Shown: one piece after another, positions 23,369-36,899 of the stretch | Layout of the letters: each line of letters opens with the position of its first letter | Numbering within the stretch: the stretch's first letter is position 1 | Assembly (NCBI GenBank): GCA_964016885.1 | Contig: OZ024742.1 | Coordinates: 294,004,001 to 294,068,000, forward strand | From: Eledone cirrhosa | Lineage: Eukaryota | Reading direction: 5' to 3' | Length of the DNA stretch: 64,000 bases | Position numbers and translations under genes: made by a program | Notes under the pieces: generated by a model | The model's input: the letters and a program-made list of their open reading frames with translations, nothing else | Database searches by the model: none | What the model was told of the DNA's origin: nothing

Positions 23369-25762
23369 GTAAAGATTGCGTATATGTTACAAACAGCGTG
23401 TGTGTATGTGTGTGTTGGAGTGAGTTGTTATGATAAGTCTGTCATGTCAGCACATGTCACAAACATCGCTGTTCATGGATGGGTATCAGTAAATATTGTC
23501 AAATAAATACCTTTTATTTGCGATCTATCATTTTCGTTTTTGATATATATTGGAAAATTTATATCTTTTACCTTTATATTTACTACTTTCAAAGTTACTA
23601 TATTTATACGAAGAAGATATTATTGTCTACTTGTAGAAACAGAATTTGACCTTCTGCTCTAATATATATATATATATATTCCGTTTCTATTTACCGAAAT
23701 GTTTTAGAAATTAACAAATTTAGATTATTCAGCGACAGTAATTAAACAGATTATAAGCTATCGTTATCGTGTCTATTTAATGATCAAAGTTCGATATTTT
23801 TATTTGAAATTTGAATCGAATGATTTCCTTTATTTTCCTGTTTACAGTTATAAAATATTTATATCTTTATTGATATTTTATCTCTTCAATTAATATTGAT
23901 AATTAAAGACAAACTAATTGATCTGAGCGTGACACGTTTTTCTTCGATTTATTTTAAATCTCCTTTATCAAATTGTTCACAAACTTGGTGATAGATTGTG
24001 ATAGTTTTTTTTAATGTCAACAAATATTATCGATGATCGAATGTAAAATATTGAGATATTTCAAAGTGTAGATTTTATGATAAACTTCCGCGTGGTTTCT
24101 AGTTTCTAGCATTCCTCAGTTAAATCTATATTTTTAGTAACACATCCTTATACAAGCACTTGTTTCCGTTTTTCATTCTCTATCCCCCAATTTTTTTTTA
24201 GATCTGACACATACATACATACATATAACATCCCTTATATACAGTATCCGATCTACGAACTAATTGGATAGCAATCTCGGGCCTGGCGATCATATACTGT
24301 TATATATATTAAAATATAGTAATGAAACGACATTTTGTGTCGAAATGTAGAATATAATTGTTATTAAATACATTTCCTTTTCTTTGGGTGTCACCTCTGA
24401 TTTAGAGGTCGATATGGGTAGACGCTGGAATCTCAGCATCCTTCTATGTGTAGGTCTACATTCAATGTGCTTTTAATTTTTATTAAGTTTCTTGCGAGGT
24501 GCTGTCCCCCCCCCCCCCCCCCCCCATGTTATATATAGCTCAGAGTCCTTAGTTGCGTTAATCCCACCTTGCTTACATCTCTTTTTCCATTATAGCAATT
24601 GTTGAGGGTTCTTCTAAACATGTGCATAATTCTACCATGAACCTTTTTTCCCGTTTTCATAACTCAATCATCCGTTATTTTAGAGTTGTTCATTAGCTAA
24701 CCTACACTTCACACTTTGATACCTACTTATTACACATTAAAAAAACAGGAATCCCTCACAAGCACGACTTGTCTTCGAGACAACTGACCCCCTTGGAAGT
24801 TGCATGTTCGAACACCAGCAGTGATAAAAAAAAAGGGTGACTGCAGAAAGTATCCTGGAGTCATGACTAGGTTGAAGTCAAGTCCCCTTAGAGCAGTAAT
24901 TCCCAACGTTGCCGTAACTGTCCTTTCTGAGGCAGTTGGACGACTTGAGTGGCATTAAAAGGCAAAGGGGTCGCAGGGAGGTCATTGAAAGGCAGAGAGT
25001 GGTGAGGGGCAAAGGATACAAATTAGTAGTTGCTCGTAAAACTCCCATCCTTAGTTATTCGCTAAATATTTAAATACGATTTAAAAAAATTTATTAACAT
25101 TTTCAATGGTATAATTATTTATCGACTTTACAGTGAGGGTAGCTGATGAAAGAGCGTAAGGCGTTTAAGGGCTGAAACACGTGCCCGATGGAGCATCTTT
25201 TCCTCCGAAGACCTGCTATCCAGCTCTCGCATTTCTTATTACTAAACTATGGTTGGAAACCTGTGCTGTTGTGTGGCAATTCTGAACAGCCTAGCCCTTT
25301 TGATACCAAATTACCTGAAACCACCCCTTGTGCTACAATACAAAGCTGTTTATATTTATCTAAACATCTTCCATCATAATTTTACGTATGGATGTTTCAA
25401 ACACCAACTTAAAGAGAACCTTATATTATATTACTAAATTCTTATTAACAAAAGACTAAAGATCAGAATCTCTTTTCAACCTCGTTAGTGTAGTGAGAAG
25501 GAGTTCAGTTACATGAAACTAACTGCCAGAATCTCAAGTAGTAAATCATGCTGTTTTACAATTGTTTTTTTTTTCTGTCTGGAATCATCCTCTTAGAATT
25601 TGTTTAGTCTCAACAAATGAATGTAGATATGGTGAAAGTTCTGACTAAGATTCTTCCTACCTCCTTGCTTTCAATCTTTCCTCATTTGGTGATTTAATGG
25701 TGAAGCAAACCTTTTTCAGTTCATTTTTTAAATTGTTCTATCTTTCATTATTATGGTATTAA

Positions 25763-25944
25763 GTGGATTGGCAGTATTGGTAGAGGGTCAGATGCCATGC
25801 TTTCCAGCATAGAGTTACGGCCCTTGCTATTCTGAGTTCAAATCCTGCCGAGGTTAACTTTGCCTTTCATCCTTACTAGGTCGATAACATAAAGTACCAG
25901 TAATGCACTGGGTAATTGCTGGCCTTGTGCCAAAAGTAGAAACA
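25763..25944 (+). mobile_element. tRNA-derived SINE family B with 16-bp TSD
   Basis: TGGCAG..TTGG A-box, GAGTTCAAATC B-box, GCCTTTCATCCTT..GGTCGATA core and CCTTGTGCCAAAAGTAGAAAC end. ATTATTATGGTATTAA on both sides. At least a dozen more copies (e.g. 1874, 22335, 27298, 32427, 32820, 35180-35580, 43080, 43316). Confidence 0.88.
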
Positions 25945-26611
25945 ATTATTATGGTATTAACTTTTTCCTACTATATTTGAAAGACACTGCCTCCCATGAT
26001 TTAAAAAGAATTTTGAAATTAAAAGAATTTTGAGGGATTTAGTAATATAACTAACTTTCTCATTATTAAGCTGGTGTTGATGGAAGGATTTTTAGATAAA
26101 TATAAACAATAAAAAGAAATTTGTTTTGAATTGTAGAACCAAGGGTCGGCTGATAACAAAATAGTTTCCACTCCTTTATATTTTGTATATGATGATGTAC
26201 CCTTCTACCTGCCACTCCTCAACCATGATGGCTATATTTGCAAATGCTTGAAGATGAAGTCATCACATTTGTTGCTCATTTTCTTTCTCACTGCAGATAC
26301 ACAATCTCTCCAGTCACTTCATTCCTCACTCTTGTGATAACCTTTCCTGCCACTCCAATTCAACAAAGAAACTGATCGTGCGAGTGTTTCTTGCATTACT
26401 TTCAAACCTTTTCATACCAAACTTCTTGAAACCATCCCAAAAGTGTTTATATTTATCTAATCATTTTCCACCATAATTTTCTGTAAGAATCTTTTAAGTT
26501 ATGTTCGAAACACCAGAAAATAACAAATCCCTCAAAATTCTTGATTATTTTCAGAATTATTTTAAAATCACAAGCTGTGTTTTTTTTATTAGAAATATGG
26601 TAATGAAAGGG

Positions 26612-26838
26612 TTAACCATTTCATGATCGCATTTCTAATGAAATACACTCTTTTTTAATTAATTAATGAAGAATTTTGAGGGATTTACTAAAATTATTAA
26701 TTATTTCATTACTAAGATAGTAACTTAATGTAAGGTTCTTATATAAAATTTTATTTTAAATTGGAAACTTTTAAAATAGGTGGTTTTATTTCATAAAACC
26801 AGAGCCGGTTTTGGTCGGATTGGTAACTAAAGGGTTAA
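26612..26838. mobile_element. Second TTAA-flanked AT-rich MITE family
   Basis: TTAACC...CATTTCTAATGAAATACAC...GGTAACTAAAGGGTTAA. Many diverged relatives (e.g. ~16150, 25960, 26400, 28010, 31300, 33310-33580, 39720, 57610, 62215). Confidence 0.65.
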
Positions 26839-27787
26839 ACTGCACCCCAGAGCTGGTTTTTATTAATCAAATTGATTAACTCTTTTGTTGCCATATTTCT
26901 AATAAAATACTGCTCATAGGGACGCAGCCTCAACACCACTGCGCCCTAGGCCCAGAGCCCGTCGCCTTCTCCCCTCCCTCTTCCTTTTCTTCTGTGATTT
27001 TAGGGTCCTTGCTTTTTCTCTCCTTTTCCTCGTTTGTGGCATTTGCAGTCTTTTCCTCTACTTTCCCTGTAAGGCTGGGTCTGCCCTTGTCCCTTCCTCT
27101 TTTCCTCATTGCTTGGTTTGCTTCTTTCTTTTTCATAGTTATGTAATCACCAATGGTTTTTAAGCCATCTTTGTGAATAAAGGTTTCCTGTTTCAGTTAA
27201 TATTGAGAATAATAAGCCAGATTGGTCACTCTGACCAAATGCCAGCATGAAAAGAGGATGTAAGCTGATAATGATGATTAGTAAAATAACTCTCATCACC
27301 ATGCTTTCCAGCATAGTTACGTCCCTTTACGATCTGAGTTCAAATCCCTCCGAGGTTGACTTTGCCTTTCATCCTTACGGGGTCGATAAAATAAAGTACC
27401 AGTAATGCACTGGGTAATTGCTGGCCTTGTGCCTAAAGTAGAAACAATTATTAAGCTGATGTTTAGAACATAACTGGTGGAGAGGTTCTTAGATAAAATT
27501 GTGTTGGAAGTTTTAATATAAATATAAACACTTTAAGCTTTTCATTACTATATTTCTACTTGAAAACATTCCTTATGGTGTTCATATAGTTTTGAAATTA
27601 AGGTAATGACCGAAAGAATACGATCATGAATACAAGTGGCTAAAATAGGGTTCTTCCAAAGGGTCTTTGGAGTAATGTTACTCAATAGAGTACGTAGCTC
27701 TTAGATCAGATGGTTGCTCCAGGCAGAGCCACTATTTCACTGAATTGAGAGATCACAGTTCCGATACTATGGGCATGTGGTTAGTAA

Positions 27788-28004
27788 TGTCTAAGAAAAG
27801 AATCGCTGGACATATTTCATGAGCAAAACCAACCTGCAGGAAACCCAGGTGTAGACCTCGAGCAAGATGGTTGGATAACATGCATGAGCTTGGCTGGTCT
27901 TGCTTGGGGATCCAGCCGGATCAGTTGGAGATGCTTCTGACAGGACCTGCTGGAAGGAGTGTTTGAAGACTCTGCTCCCATGACCCTCCCAGGAATAAGT
28001 GGAC
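27788..28004. repeat. Unclassified ~210-bp interspersed repeat
   Basis: GTCTAAG.AAAGAATCGCTGGAC...GAGCAAGAT.GTT...GAGCTTGGCTGGTCT recurs at 53158-53370 and inverted at ~12115-12230. Confidence 0.7.
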
Positions 28005-28979
28005 AAAGAAGAATTTTAAGAGGTTAAGTAATATAACTAATGGTTTCAATATTATGCTAATTGGTGGCAAGATCTTATAAATTATTATGTGAAGTTTTTA
28101 GATAAATATAAACTCCTTAAAATTAGCAGTTTTGTATTATAGAACCAGGGGTAGTTTCAGGTGGTTTGGTATCAAAAGGGTTAAGTTATATTATTAAATT
28201 CCACTAGATTTTTTATTATTTACAAAATGATTTTGCTGAAAATATCTAAAAATGGGTTTCATCATCATCATTATCAACACACTTTTACATCTATTTCCAC
28301 GCTTACATAAGTTAGACAAGTCGTCATGTTCTGAGGAAGGTCAGATGACTGTTTTGCGCACAAATTCCATTTTGGCACGGTTTTTATAGCTGAATATCCT
28401 TTCTAACGTCAACAGCTTCAGGTTCCTTTCATGGCACTGCCAATACCACATGACAAGATGGATTGGGTGCTTATTTTGTGGCACCAGCACTATCATTTTA
28501 CAGTGTGGAGCACATTTTATTGTGAACCTGTACTACCATATTTCAATACTAAAGTACTTGTATCCTTGGCAAGACTGGGTGGACAATGATAAGGAGTGGT
28601 GTGGGTGGATGTGAGCAAAGCCTAGGCTGCCTGTTACTAGCTCATGGAGGGAGAGGTGGATTTAGGGAAGTGAGTGACATCTGATGGTGTTGTGGGGTGT
28701 GCCCTCTTTCCATGGGATTCTATTGGTTTATCAATTCAAATGTTTTAGCTTTACTAGTGGGCAGATTCTTGCGAAAGTTTCCAGTATTAGACATACATTT
28801 TTAATGGTGATGTAGTCTAAGTTCTATTTTGTACGTTTCAAAAATGTCTTGCTAATGTGTTTTCATGTGGTGCAGGATATTAAGAGTTAAAAAATATTGT
28901 AATGAAATATTAAATGTAATTGTCTGTTCTGAATATATCTTATTTTGTGTTGAAGATAAATGTTTTTGTTGTTTTTTAG

Positions 28980-29178
28980 CCATCTGTTCAGAACAAGCTG
29001 AGATCCATCATTCCTAAGTTAAAGTGTTCTGAGAACAGCAATGGTAAAATGTTAAGCACCGCTGATGTTATGAAACAACTCAAAGAGAATGGAACTATTG
29101 ACAGTTTGTTGAAGGATGTCAAAAATGGTGAAGAAGATACACTTGCAATTGCATTTAATCCTTTCATGTTTACAGACA
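28980..29178 (+). CDS. CEP76: CEP76 coding exon 2
   Basis: TTTTTTAG| PSVQNKLRSII...LSTADVMKQLKENGTIDSLLKDV...|GTAAGT resembles LSTEDLIKALRRRGIIDDVMKEL; phases fit both neighbours. Confidence 0.8.
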
Positions 29179-30129
29179 GTAAGTAGTAAACTCTAATTCA
29201 CTGTTTTATTTTTATTTGGTTAAATATACAGAAAAAGAAAGCAGTATTGGAAAGGACTATAAATACCTTAAATAAGAGGAAAAGGAGGGTAAGAGCAAGG
29301 ACTAGTAGACAAAGAAAGGGGGAAGGGGTGAGGGTGACAGACTCTACACCTAGGTCAGAGAGGTGTTTCAGTTGTTGATTTGTATTATTTGCAAGATTGG
29401 CTGTGTGGTTAAGATATTTTGTTTTTCAGGTTCTATCTCACTGTGTGGCATTTTTCATAGTCTCAACATGACATGGTTGACACTCTTATGATGATAACAA
29501 GGATTATTAGATTTTTAACTAAAATTAACATCAGAGAATGTTAGCAGGCAAATAGAAATTATGCTTTAAATTACTGTCACTTAGTAGTTATTGTGTTGGA
29601 CCCACAATCATATGGTCATGTGTTCAATTCCTGGGTAGTGGACAGTATGGAGCGTTGTTTTTGAACAAGACACTTCATTTCACATTACTTTTCATGCCAT
29701 AACTGGAGGTCCTTATCATTAAAACATTCAAGAAACCCCCTCAGATGTAACCTTGTAGGCTGGCTAAACCTGCATAGATGTGAACTCTTACGGTTATAAG
29801 GTCATAGGTGTCCTTGAGCAAGGTACTTCATTTCACATTATTTCAGACCTCTAACTGAATAAGTGGCAGCCTGGGGTTAACCTTGCAACACACAGACATC
29901 TTATCTAAAGTGGAGTTTTAAACTCAGTTGTTCTCTAGCAAATGAAACCACATTTGCAAGACATTCTTGAAAAGTTCAAAACATGACTGATTGCATCAGA
30001 TTAAAAATTAGAATTTTTACTTTAATGCTGCCAATTTTCACAATTTATCCATCAGTATATATATATACTCCAAACATGATTAACAAAACTCGTTTTTAGG
30101 TATTGTCTGCTAAACTGTTAGAGGATGTT

Positions 30130-30600
30130 AAGAGGTATGCCTCATGAAACAGATAAGTTCTGGTGTGATGAGCTAACATGTTCGACAGTACCAAGATGGA
30201 TTCAGCGGAGCTCATAGCGGATATTGTTATATGGTTTAAATGAAGAAGGAGTGAGGCTCATGGAATTCTGTGACGCAAGTGAACTAAATTTGCAACACAA
30301 ATTTCAAGAAACCAGCCAGACACCTGATCACATACCAATCAGGCAAACACACAAGTCAGATTGATTTCTTACTTGTCTGTAGACAGTAATAAATGCTAAG
30401 GCCTTCCCCAGGGAAGAATATGCCACCCAACACAAGTTAGTTATTAGTGACATCAGAATAAACATAAGATGGAACAAGATATGCAGGGTTTGGAAGCTAA
30501 AGGATTTTTCTGTTAATATAGGTTTAGAAAAGCCCTACTGGATGCTTTTAATGAAAGAGGAGATGAGTTAGATACATATGACAGAGGGTAATTAAAAATT
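30130..30600 (+). mobile_element. Old RTE endonuclease-region fragment
   Basis: Translates in part to HLITYQSGKHTSQIDFLL and QHKLVISD, which are APE C-terminal motifs. Confidence 0.6.
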
Positions 30601-30688
30601 CTTACTTGACCATCTGAGTGAAATCACAAGCAGAAACCGTAGGAGCTCACAGTCGAATATTTCCTCTCCCTCTCTCCCTCTCTTTGTA

Positions 30689-30743
<55 letters not shown>

Positions 30744-30759
30744 TCTTCTCGTTTTTCAG

Positions 30760-30978
30760 CTAAAGTCGATATAACAACCCAGCAACTTATTCTCAAAATC
30801 CAAGGTGGTCGTGCTTTTCTTGACCATCTCCGACAACCTCCCGGTCAGTCAGCTCAGTCATATTTTCAACTGCACATTTTATTTCAAAACCAAAGATTCT
30901 ATACACGCCGTGTACCATGTACTTGTGATCCTGCCATAACTGGAGAGTTTCATCTGAAGCTCACTAAACCATCACAAG
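30760..30978 (+). CDS. CEP76: CEP76 coding exon 3 (CEP76-C2 domain)
   Basis: IQGGRAFLDHL...FQNQRFYTRRVPCTCDP matches VLGGKAFLEHL...RNQRFRSKPVPCACEP; AG/GT boundaries. Confidence 0.92.
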
Positions 30979-31700
30979 GTAAGTGGCAGCAGTTATTTCT
31001 TTATATGATATTAATACAATAGAACTTGCTCATCATTTAACAGGACTTAAATGCTGCTGCTGAACTTGGTTTATTTTAATAAATTATCATCACCATATGT
31101 CCACTTACCATGCTGTCATGGAGAAACCACATCTTGCTCATTCCTTCCATAATTTTATGAAAGAACCTTTGTTAAGTTATATTCCAATCACCAACTTAAT
31201 AATAGAATTAGTTATTTTACAAATGATTTGAAAATTATAGGCATTGTATTTCATTAGAAATATATTAACAAAAGGGTAGTGAAGCAGACTTTTTAATCAT
31301 TAACCCTTTCATGACAGCATTTTAACGAAATACACTCTATTTTAATTAATTAATGAAGAATTTTGAAGGATTTACTAATGTTATTAATTATTTCATTACT
31401 AAGTTAGTAACTAAATGTAAGGTTCTTTTATAAAATTATATTGGAAGATCTTAATTTAAATTGGAAACCTTTAATGAATAATTTTAAAATCATTCATTAA
31501 AACAATATGAATGAATGCTTTTGTTCTGTGTATCCAGTTTAGAATTGGTACAGTATCCCTGCCATGTAAAATATTGCTTCAAAAGAGACTCTGTGAGGAG
31601 TATGAATCCTGTCATGGAACCTGTAAGGCTAACCACTGGTTTAGCAGGTAAAATGGCCTTAAAATTCTTGTTTTAATGAATAATTTCTATGCTTTTTCAG

Positions 31701-31868
31701 CACTTACCAATGTTGGTGATCTATTATCAATCTCCGATAAGATCAATATTGTTTTAATACGAACCAATAATGCTGGTGAGAACTTCTTGGTTGCTTCCCA
31801 CTTGTACGATTGGCGACCTGTTTTATCGAAGGGAGACATGACAACCTCCATTGATTTAATAGGAACTG
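31701..31868 (+). CDS. CEP76: CEP76 coding exon 4
   Basis: LLSISDKINIVLIRTNNAGENFLVASHLYDWRPVL matches MLSISDPIHMVLIKTDIFGETTLVASYFLEWRSVL. Confidence 0.92.
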
Positions 31869-33059
31869 GTATGTATCATTTTTTTCTCAATAAATTACTG
31901 TATATACTTAAATATAAATCACCCCCCACTATTTTATGCATGAGAAAAGGGCAAAAATCCCAAACTTGTTTATGTTGGAATTTGAAGTTGGTGAAAAATC
32001 ATTAAAATATTGACCTTGAATATAAGTCCCCCACCTCTTCTACCATTGATTTTTTGGTCACATATTCCATGGCTTAGTTTACATCATTCCTGCTCATGTC
32101 TATTTACACTCTGCACTCTACAGCCGTAACTCTGGGATATATATATATATATATGCATACATACATTGAGAAAGAGACTAGCTATTCCAGTTAAGTTCTG
32201 GTTTGTGTTTGATATAAATATTTGACTATAAGTTCTCTTCATAACCAGAAAATTAAAGTTACTTGTCTTCCAATCAACAGCCAACTCACTCTGAGACATG
32301 TAAAAGCAATATTTTATATATTTTTGTGTATGGATGTATGGAGAGAATAATAGAATGTTTTCACATTTATTTACACTTTCACAGCATAGCTTATAAACTG
32401 TCATTATATACACCTACATTAATCTACCGCCGAGGTTAACTTTGCCTTTTATCCTTACGGGGTCGATAAAATAAAGTACCAGTAATGTACTGGGTAATTG
32501 CTGGCCTTGTGCCAAAAGTAGAAACAATTATATACCTACATTAAATTTAACTTAAGATTTAACTATTATTAGTCATGATTGCACTTGGAAAGTGCCTCTT
32601 TGAGTCACAGACCTGAGAAATTCACCCATGCATGCTAGTCTCCTCTCTCAATGCTACTGATTTTATCCAAGGAAAAGGCAACAGTGTTGTCACTACACAT
32701 TTCTTCTGGCTATGTGGACTGGAGCAATGTGAGTTGAAGTGTCTTGCTGAAGGAACTCATGATCTTATGATTGTGAACCTAACACCCGAACCACTGATAG
32801 ATATTCCTTATTTTGGATTGGGCAGTAGGTTGGCAGTGTCAGTAGAGCATTGGACATGCTTTGCAGCATAGAGTTACGGCCCTTTACGTTCTGAGTCCAA
32901 ATCCTGCTGAAGTTAGCTTTCCCTTTCAACCTTACGGAGTTGATTTAATCAATTTTCCCTTCCCCCAAAATTGCTGGCCTTATGCCTAAAGTAGAAACAA
33001 TTATTTTGTATATTATTTAAATAATTGTAAATGATTTTATTGTTCAATTTGCTTGTTAG

Positions 33060-33277
33060 GTGGAGTTCCTGTGGGTTTGTTAGAAATACAGTTGAAGTTG
33101 AATCCAAGTTTATCTGTGAATCTATCTGAAGAAGTTGTTAGTAAACAGACTGTTGCTGAAGCTGAAAGCCAGTGTTTGAGAGAGAAGAAGTTTATAGCTT
33201 ATGCCAACAATTGGTGGATTGAATATCAGCAGATAAATGAAACCTTCAAAGATAGAATTGTGAAAATATTTGCCCAG
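33060..33277 (+). CDS. CEP76: CEP76 coding exon 5
   Basis: VPVGLLEIQL...FIAYANNWWIEYQQI...RIVKIFAQ|GT. Confidence 0.92.
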
Positions 33278-33805
33278 GTTTGTCTTGCTTGGAAGATTTT
33301 ATTTTAAATAGGAATCCTTTAAAATGGGTGGTTTTGTTTCATAGAACTATAGTCAGTTTTGACCAGGTTGGTATTAACAGAGTTAAATTAGAATGGTTGC
33401 AATCATAGCCAAGAGGTATTTTCTAAAATTATTAAGTTAGTAACTTTTATATAAAATTATGTTGGAAGATTTACATTTAGTAATGAAATAATTAATAATT
33501 TTAGTAAATCCCTTGAAATTCTTCATTAATTAATTGAAATAGTCTATTTCATAAGAAGTGCGGTTATGAAAAGGTTAAATACTTGTATAGTATCATAAAT
33601 TATGAGATAATATTTTTGGTTAATACATCACTTCTTGAAGATATTCATCATTTTACATTTGCTTTTCCATGCTTTATGGATTAGATAGGATCCTTTCCAG
33701 AACAACCTGCTTCCTTTCTTAGTGTGTCTTTGTCATTTCCTCTGTGAAGTTAGTTCAGTGTTTTGAGATCAGCTCTAACATTATTTTGTTATATTTATGT
33801 TCCAG

Positions 33806-33997
33806 GATGAAAACTCCAAAAACCGTTTTGTTTGCTCTTTTGTAAAACGACTGAAAGCCAACCGATTGTTGAATTCTGCCCGAGAAGCAGCTCGGTTTGT
33901 CAGCCTGATTCCTGTGGGTAAATCTGAGACAATAGGACATGGAATGACATCAGAAAGATGGGCTTCAATGCATGCTTTTCTTTGTTGTAATAAAGGG
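33806..33997 (+). CDS. CEP76: CEP76 coding exon 6
   Basis: DENSKNRFVCSFVKRLKANRLLNSAREAARFV...AFLCCNKG|GTAAGT. Confidence 0.93.
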
Positions 33998-34196
33998 GTA
34001 AGTAATTATATAATCTTCTTGCTATTTATTAGTGTAGTCATGGTTAGAATGTTCATAAGGTCGTTGGTTTGATCCCTGGGTCTGGTGTTCTCTTGTGTTC
34101 ATTTTACGTTGCTTTCCATGATAGGACTGGCGCTCCTTACAGTAAAACACTCAAGGAACTGCCTTGCTCATACAGATTATTATTAATATTTAGGAT

Positions 34197-34402
34197 GGGG
34201 GATTGGCAGAATTGGTAGAGCGTCAGACACTATGCTTTGCGGCGTAGAGTTATGGCTCTGCGTTCTGAGTTCAAATCCTGCCGAGGTTAACTTTACCTTT
34301 CATCCTTACGGGGTCAATAAAATAAAGCACCAGTAATGCGCTGTCGTCGAATTAATTGTCTCCTAATTGCTGGTCTTGTGCCAAAAGTAGAAACAATTAT
34401 TA
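34197..34402 (+). mobile_element. SINE family B
   Basis: Full head-core-tail. Confidence 0.85.
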
Positions 34403-34643
34403 ATAGTAACTTATTAATATGCTGTGTGCATACAGTTTAGAATGGGTTCATCATATCCCTGGATGTCATAAGACGCAACTAAAAGGGTTGGCATCAGGAA
34501 GGTCATCTAGCTGTAAAACATTGTCTCAAAAAAAAGAACCCCATGATGATTATGGAGAAGTTTGTCGTAGGGGTGGTGTTAGTAATCTCTGCCTTAAAAT
34601 GTGTTTTGTTATTGTTGTGTTGTTATATTGTAATAGTTTCTTT

Positions 34644-34989
34644 TCATCATTTCATCATCATTTCATTTTACGTCTGCTTTTCCCTGCTTGCAAGGGTGGG
34701 ACAGAAACTGGTTCTGGCTTGATTTCTACAACTGGATGCCCTTCCTAACACCAACCTCATTTTACAGTGAGTGCTGGGTGCTTTTTTGCCGTGGCACCTC
34801 CACGACCACTTTTCAGTGGAATGATAGGGACCCCAGTCCCTATCATCTCATTTCTACAGCTGAGTAAACTGGAGCAATGTGAAATAAAGTGTCTTGCTCA
34901 AGGAAACAACACATCACCCGGTCTGAGAATTGAACTCACAACCTTTCGATTGCAAGGCCAATGCTCTAACCACTAAGCCATGTGCCTCC
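34644..34989 (-). mobile_element. SINE family A
   Basis: Near-identical reverse-complement copy of the 39286 element. Confidence 0.88.
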
Positions 34990-35671
34990 ATCATGTATTT
35001 CAACAATAACTATTATTATTGATAGTTGGCATTAGGAAGGGCATCCAGCTGTAGAAACCAGGCCAGAAACAGTTCTGTATGAACAAAACACGGTCATCTG
35101 ATCTGGCTTGTCTTGCAGCAGGACAACTTGTCCAACTCATACTAGTGTGGAACATTGAACTTTAAAAGGTGATGATGATGAATTGGCAAAATTGTTTGAA
35201 TATCGGACCAAATGCCTTCAGCTATTTGGTTTTGGCTCTTTATGTTCTGAGTTCAAACCCTTCCAAGGTCAACTTTGCGTTTTATTCTTCCAAGGCTGAT
35301 AAAATAAAATACCATCCAAGCACCAAGGTCAAAATATCAACTTGTTCCTTCCATGGAGTTAATGGCTGTGTGCCTAAATTAGAAATCATAATTATTATTG
35401 GATTGTTAGTATCGGTAGAGCGACGGACACCATGCAGGGCAGTATAGAGTTACGGCCCAGGTTCAAATCTCGTTGAGGTTAGCTTTGCATTTCATCAGCA
35501 CCAGTAATGCACTGGTGTCGATTTAATAAACTTTCCCTTTCCCCAAAATTGTTGGCTTTGTGCCTAAATCAGAAATTATTATTAATATTAAATATCTATT
35601 TTATTAAAGCTGGTGTATGTTTATGTAAACTGTCGGTCATGTTGGAAAGGGCATGGTAAGAGTGTGTGTAT

Positions 35672-35888
35672 CACATATATACACACACACACACACACAC
35701 ATACACACACACACACATACAACACAAACACAAACAATGTATCAAACTGAACTTTTGGCTGTTGAAGCCCTGAGAATATATATATATATATATATATAAT
35801 GTATACACACCACACACACACACACACATATATATATATAATGTATACACACCACACACACATATATATATATATAATGTATACACAC

Positions 35889-35942
<54 letters not shown>

Positions 35943-35996
35943 GTATACACACCACACACACGCAAACACATATATATATATATAATGTATACACAC

Positions 35997-36028
<32 letters not shown>

Positions 36029-36040
36029 ATGTATACACAC

Positions 36041-36072
<32 letters not shown>

Positions 36073-36084
36073 ATGTATACACAC

Positions 36085-36116
<32 letters not shown>

Positions 36117-36128
36117 ATGTATACACAC

Positions 36129-36160
<32 letters not shown>

Positions 36161-36312
36161 ATGTATACACACCACACACACGCAAACACATATATATATA
36201 TATAATGTATACACACCACACACACGCAAACACAAACAATGTATCAAACTGAACTTTTGGCTCTTGAAGCCCTGAGAATATATATATATATATATATATA
36301 ATGTATACACAC

Positions 36313-36343
<31 letters not shown>

Positions 36344-36345
36344 GT
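35672..36345. repeat. Compound minisatellite of (TA)n-ATGTATACACAC-(CA)n units
   Basis: About ten units; the unique spacer CAATGTATCAAACTGAACTTTTGGCT...CCCTGAGAA is duplicated at ~35735 and ~36237. Confidence 0.9.
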
Positions 36346-36632
36346 CACATTGCTCCAGTTCAGACCAGGTGATGTGTTGTTTTCAAGACACTTTATTTCA
36401 CATTGCTCCAGTTTACTCAGCTGTAGAAATGAGATGATAGGGACTGGGGTCCCTATCATTCCACTGTAAAGAGGACGTGTATGTGCCGCAGAAAAAAAAG
36501 CATCCAGCACTCACTGTAAATGAGGTTGGTGTTAGGGAGGGCATCCAGCTGTAGAAATCCAGCCAGAACCAGTTCCTGTCCCACCCTTGCAAGCAGGGAA
36601 AAGCGGACGTAAAATGAAATGATGATGATGAT
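36346..36632 (+). mobile_element. SINE family A, 5'-truncated/rearranged
   Basis: Head missing; CACATTGCTCCAGTT is duplicated at the 5' junction. Confidence 0.8.
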
Positions 36633-36899
36633 ATATATAAGTATAAAGAATGTGCTAAAGCGCAGATGGCTTATAGAATAGGATGAAGACCCTTAAAAGA
36701 CAGAAAAAAAAGTCCCATTAGCTGCTATGAGGATTTGGGGTTCAATTCCTCATAGTGGCCAAATAGCCACTTCTTTTTCTTTTTCTGTCTTTTAAGGGGC
36801 TTAACCCTATTTTATAAGCTTTCTTTATAGCATTTCTGTGCTTTATATATATATATAACTTATAAATAAAACATTTATATATATATATATATATATATA

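Noticed and set aside
25141-25185. CTGATGA...GAAAC second hammerhead candidate
   Set aside because: Stem II does not pair; it probably lies at the end of a decayed hAT-like MITE starting ~24893.
35621-36331. Long Cys/Val/Tyr/Ile ORFs
   Set aside because: Translations of (TA)n/(CA)n repeats.
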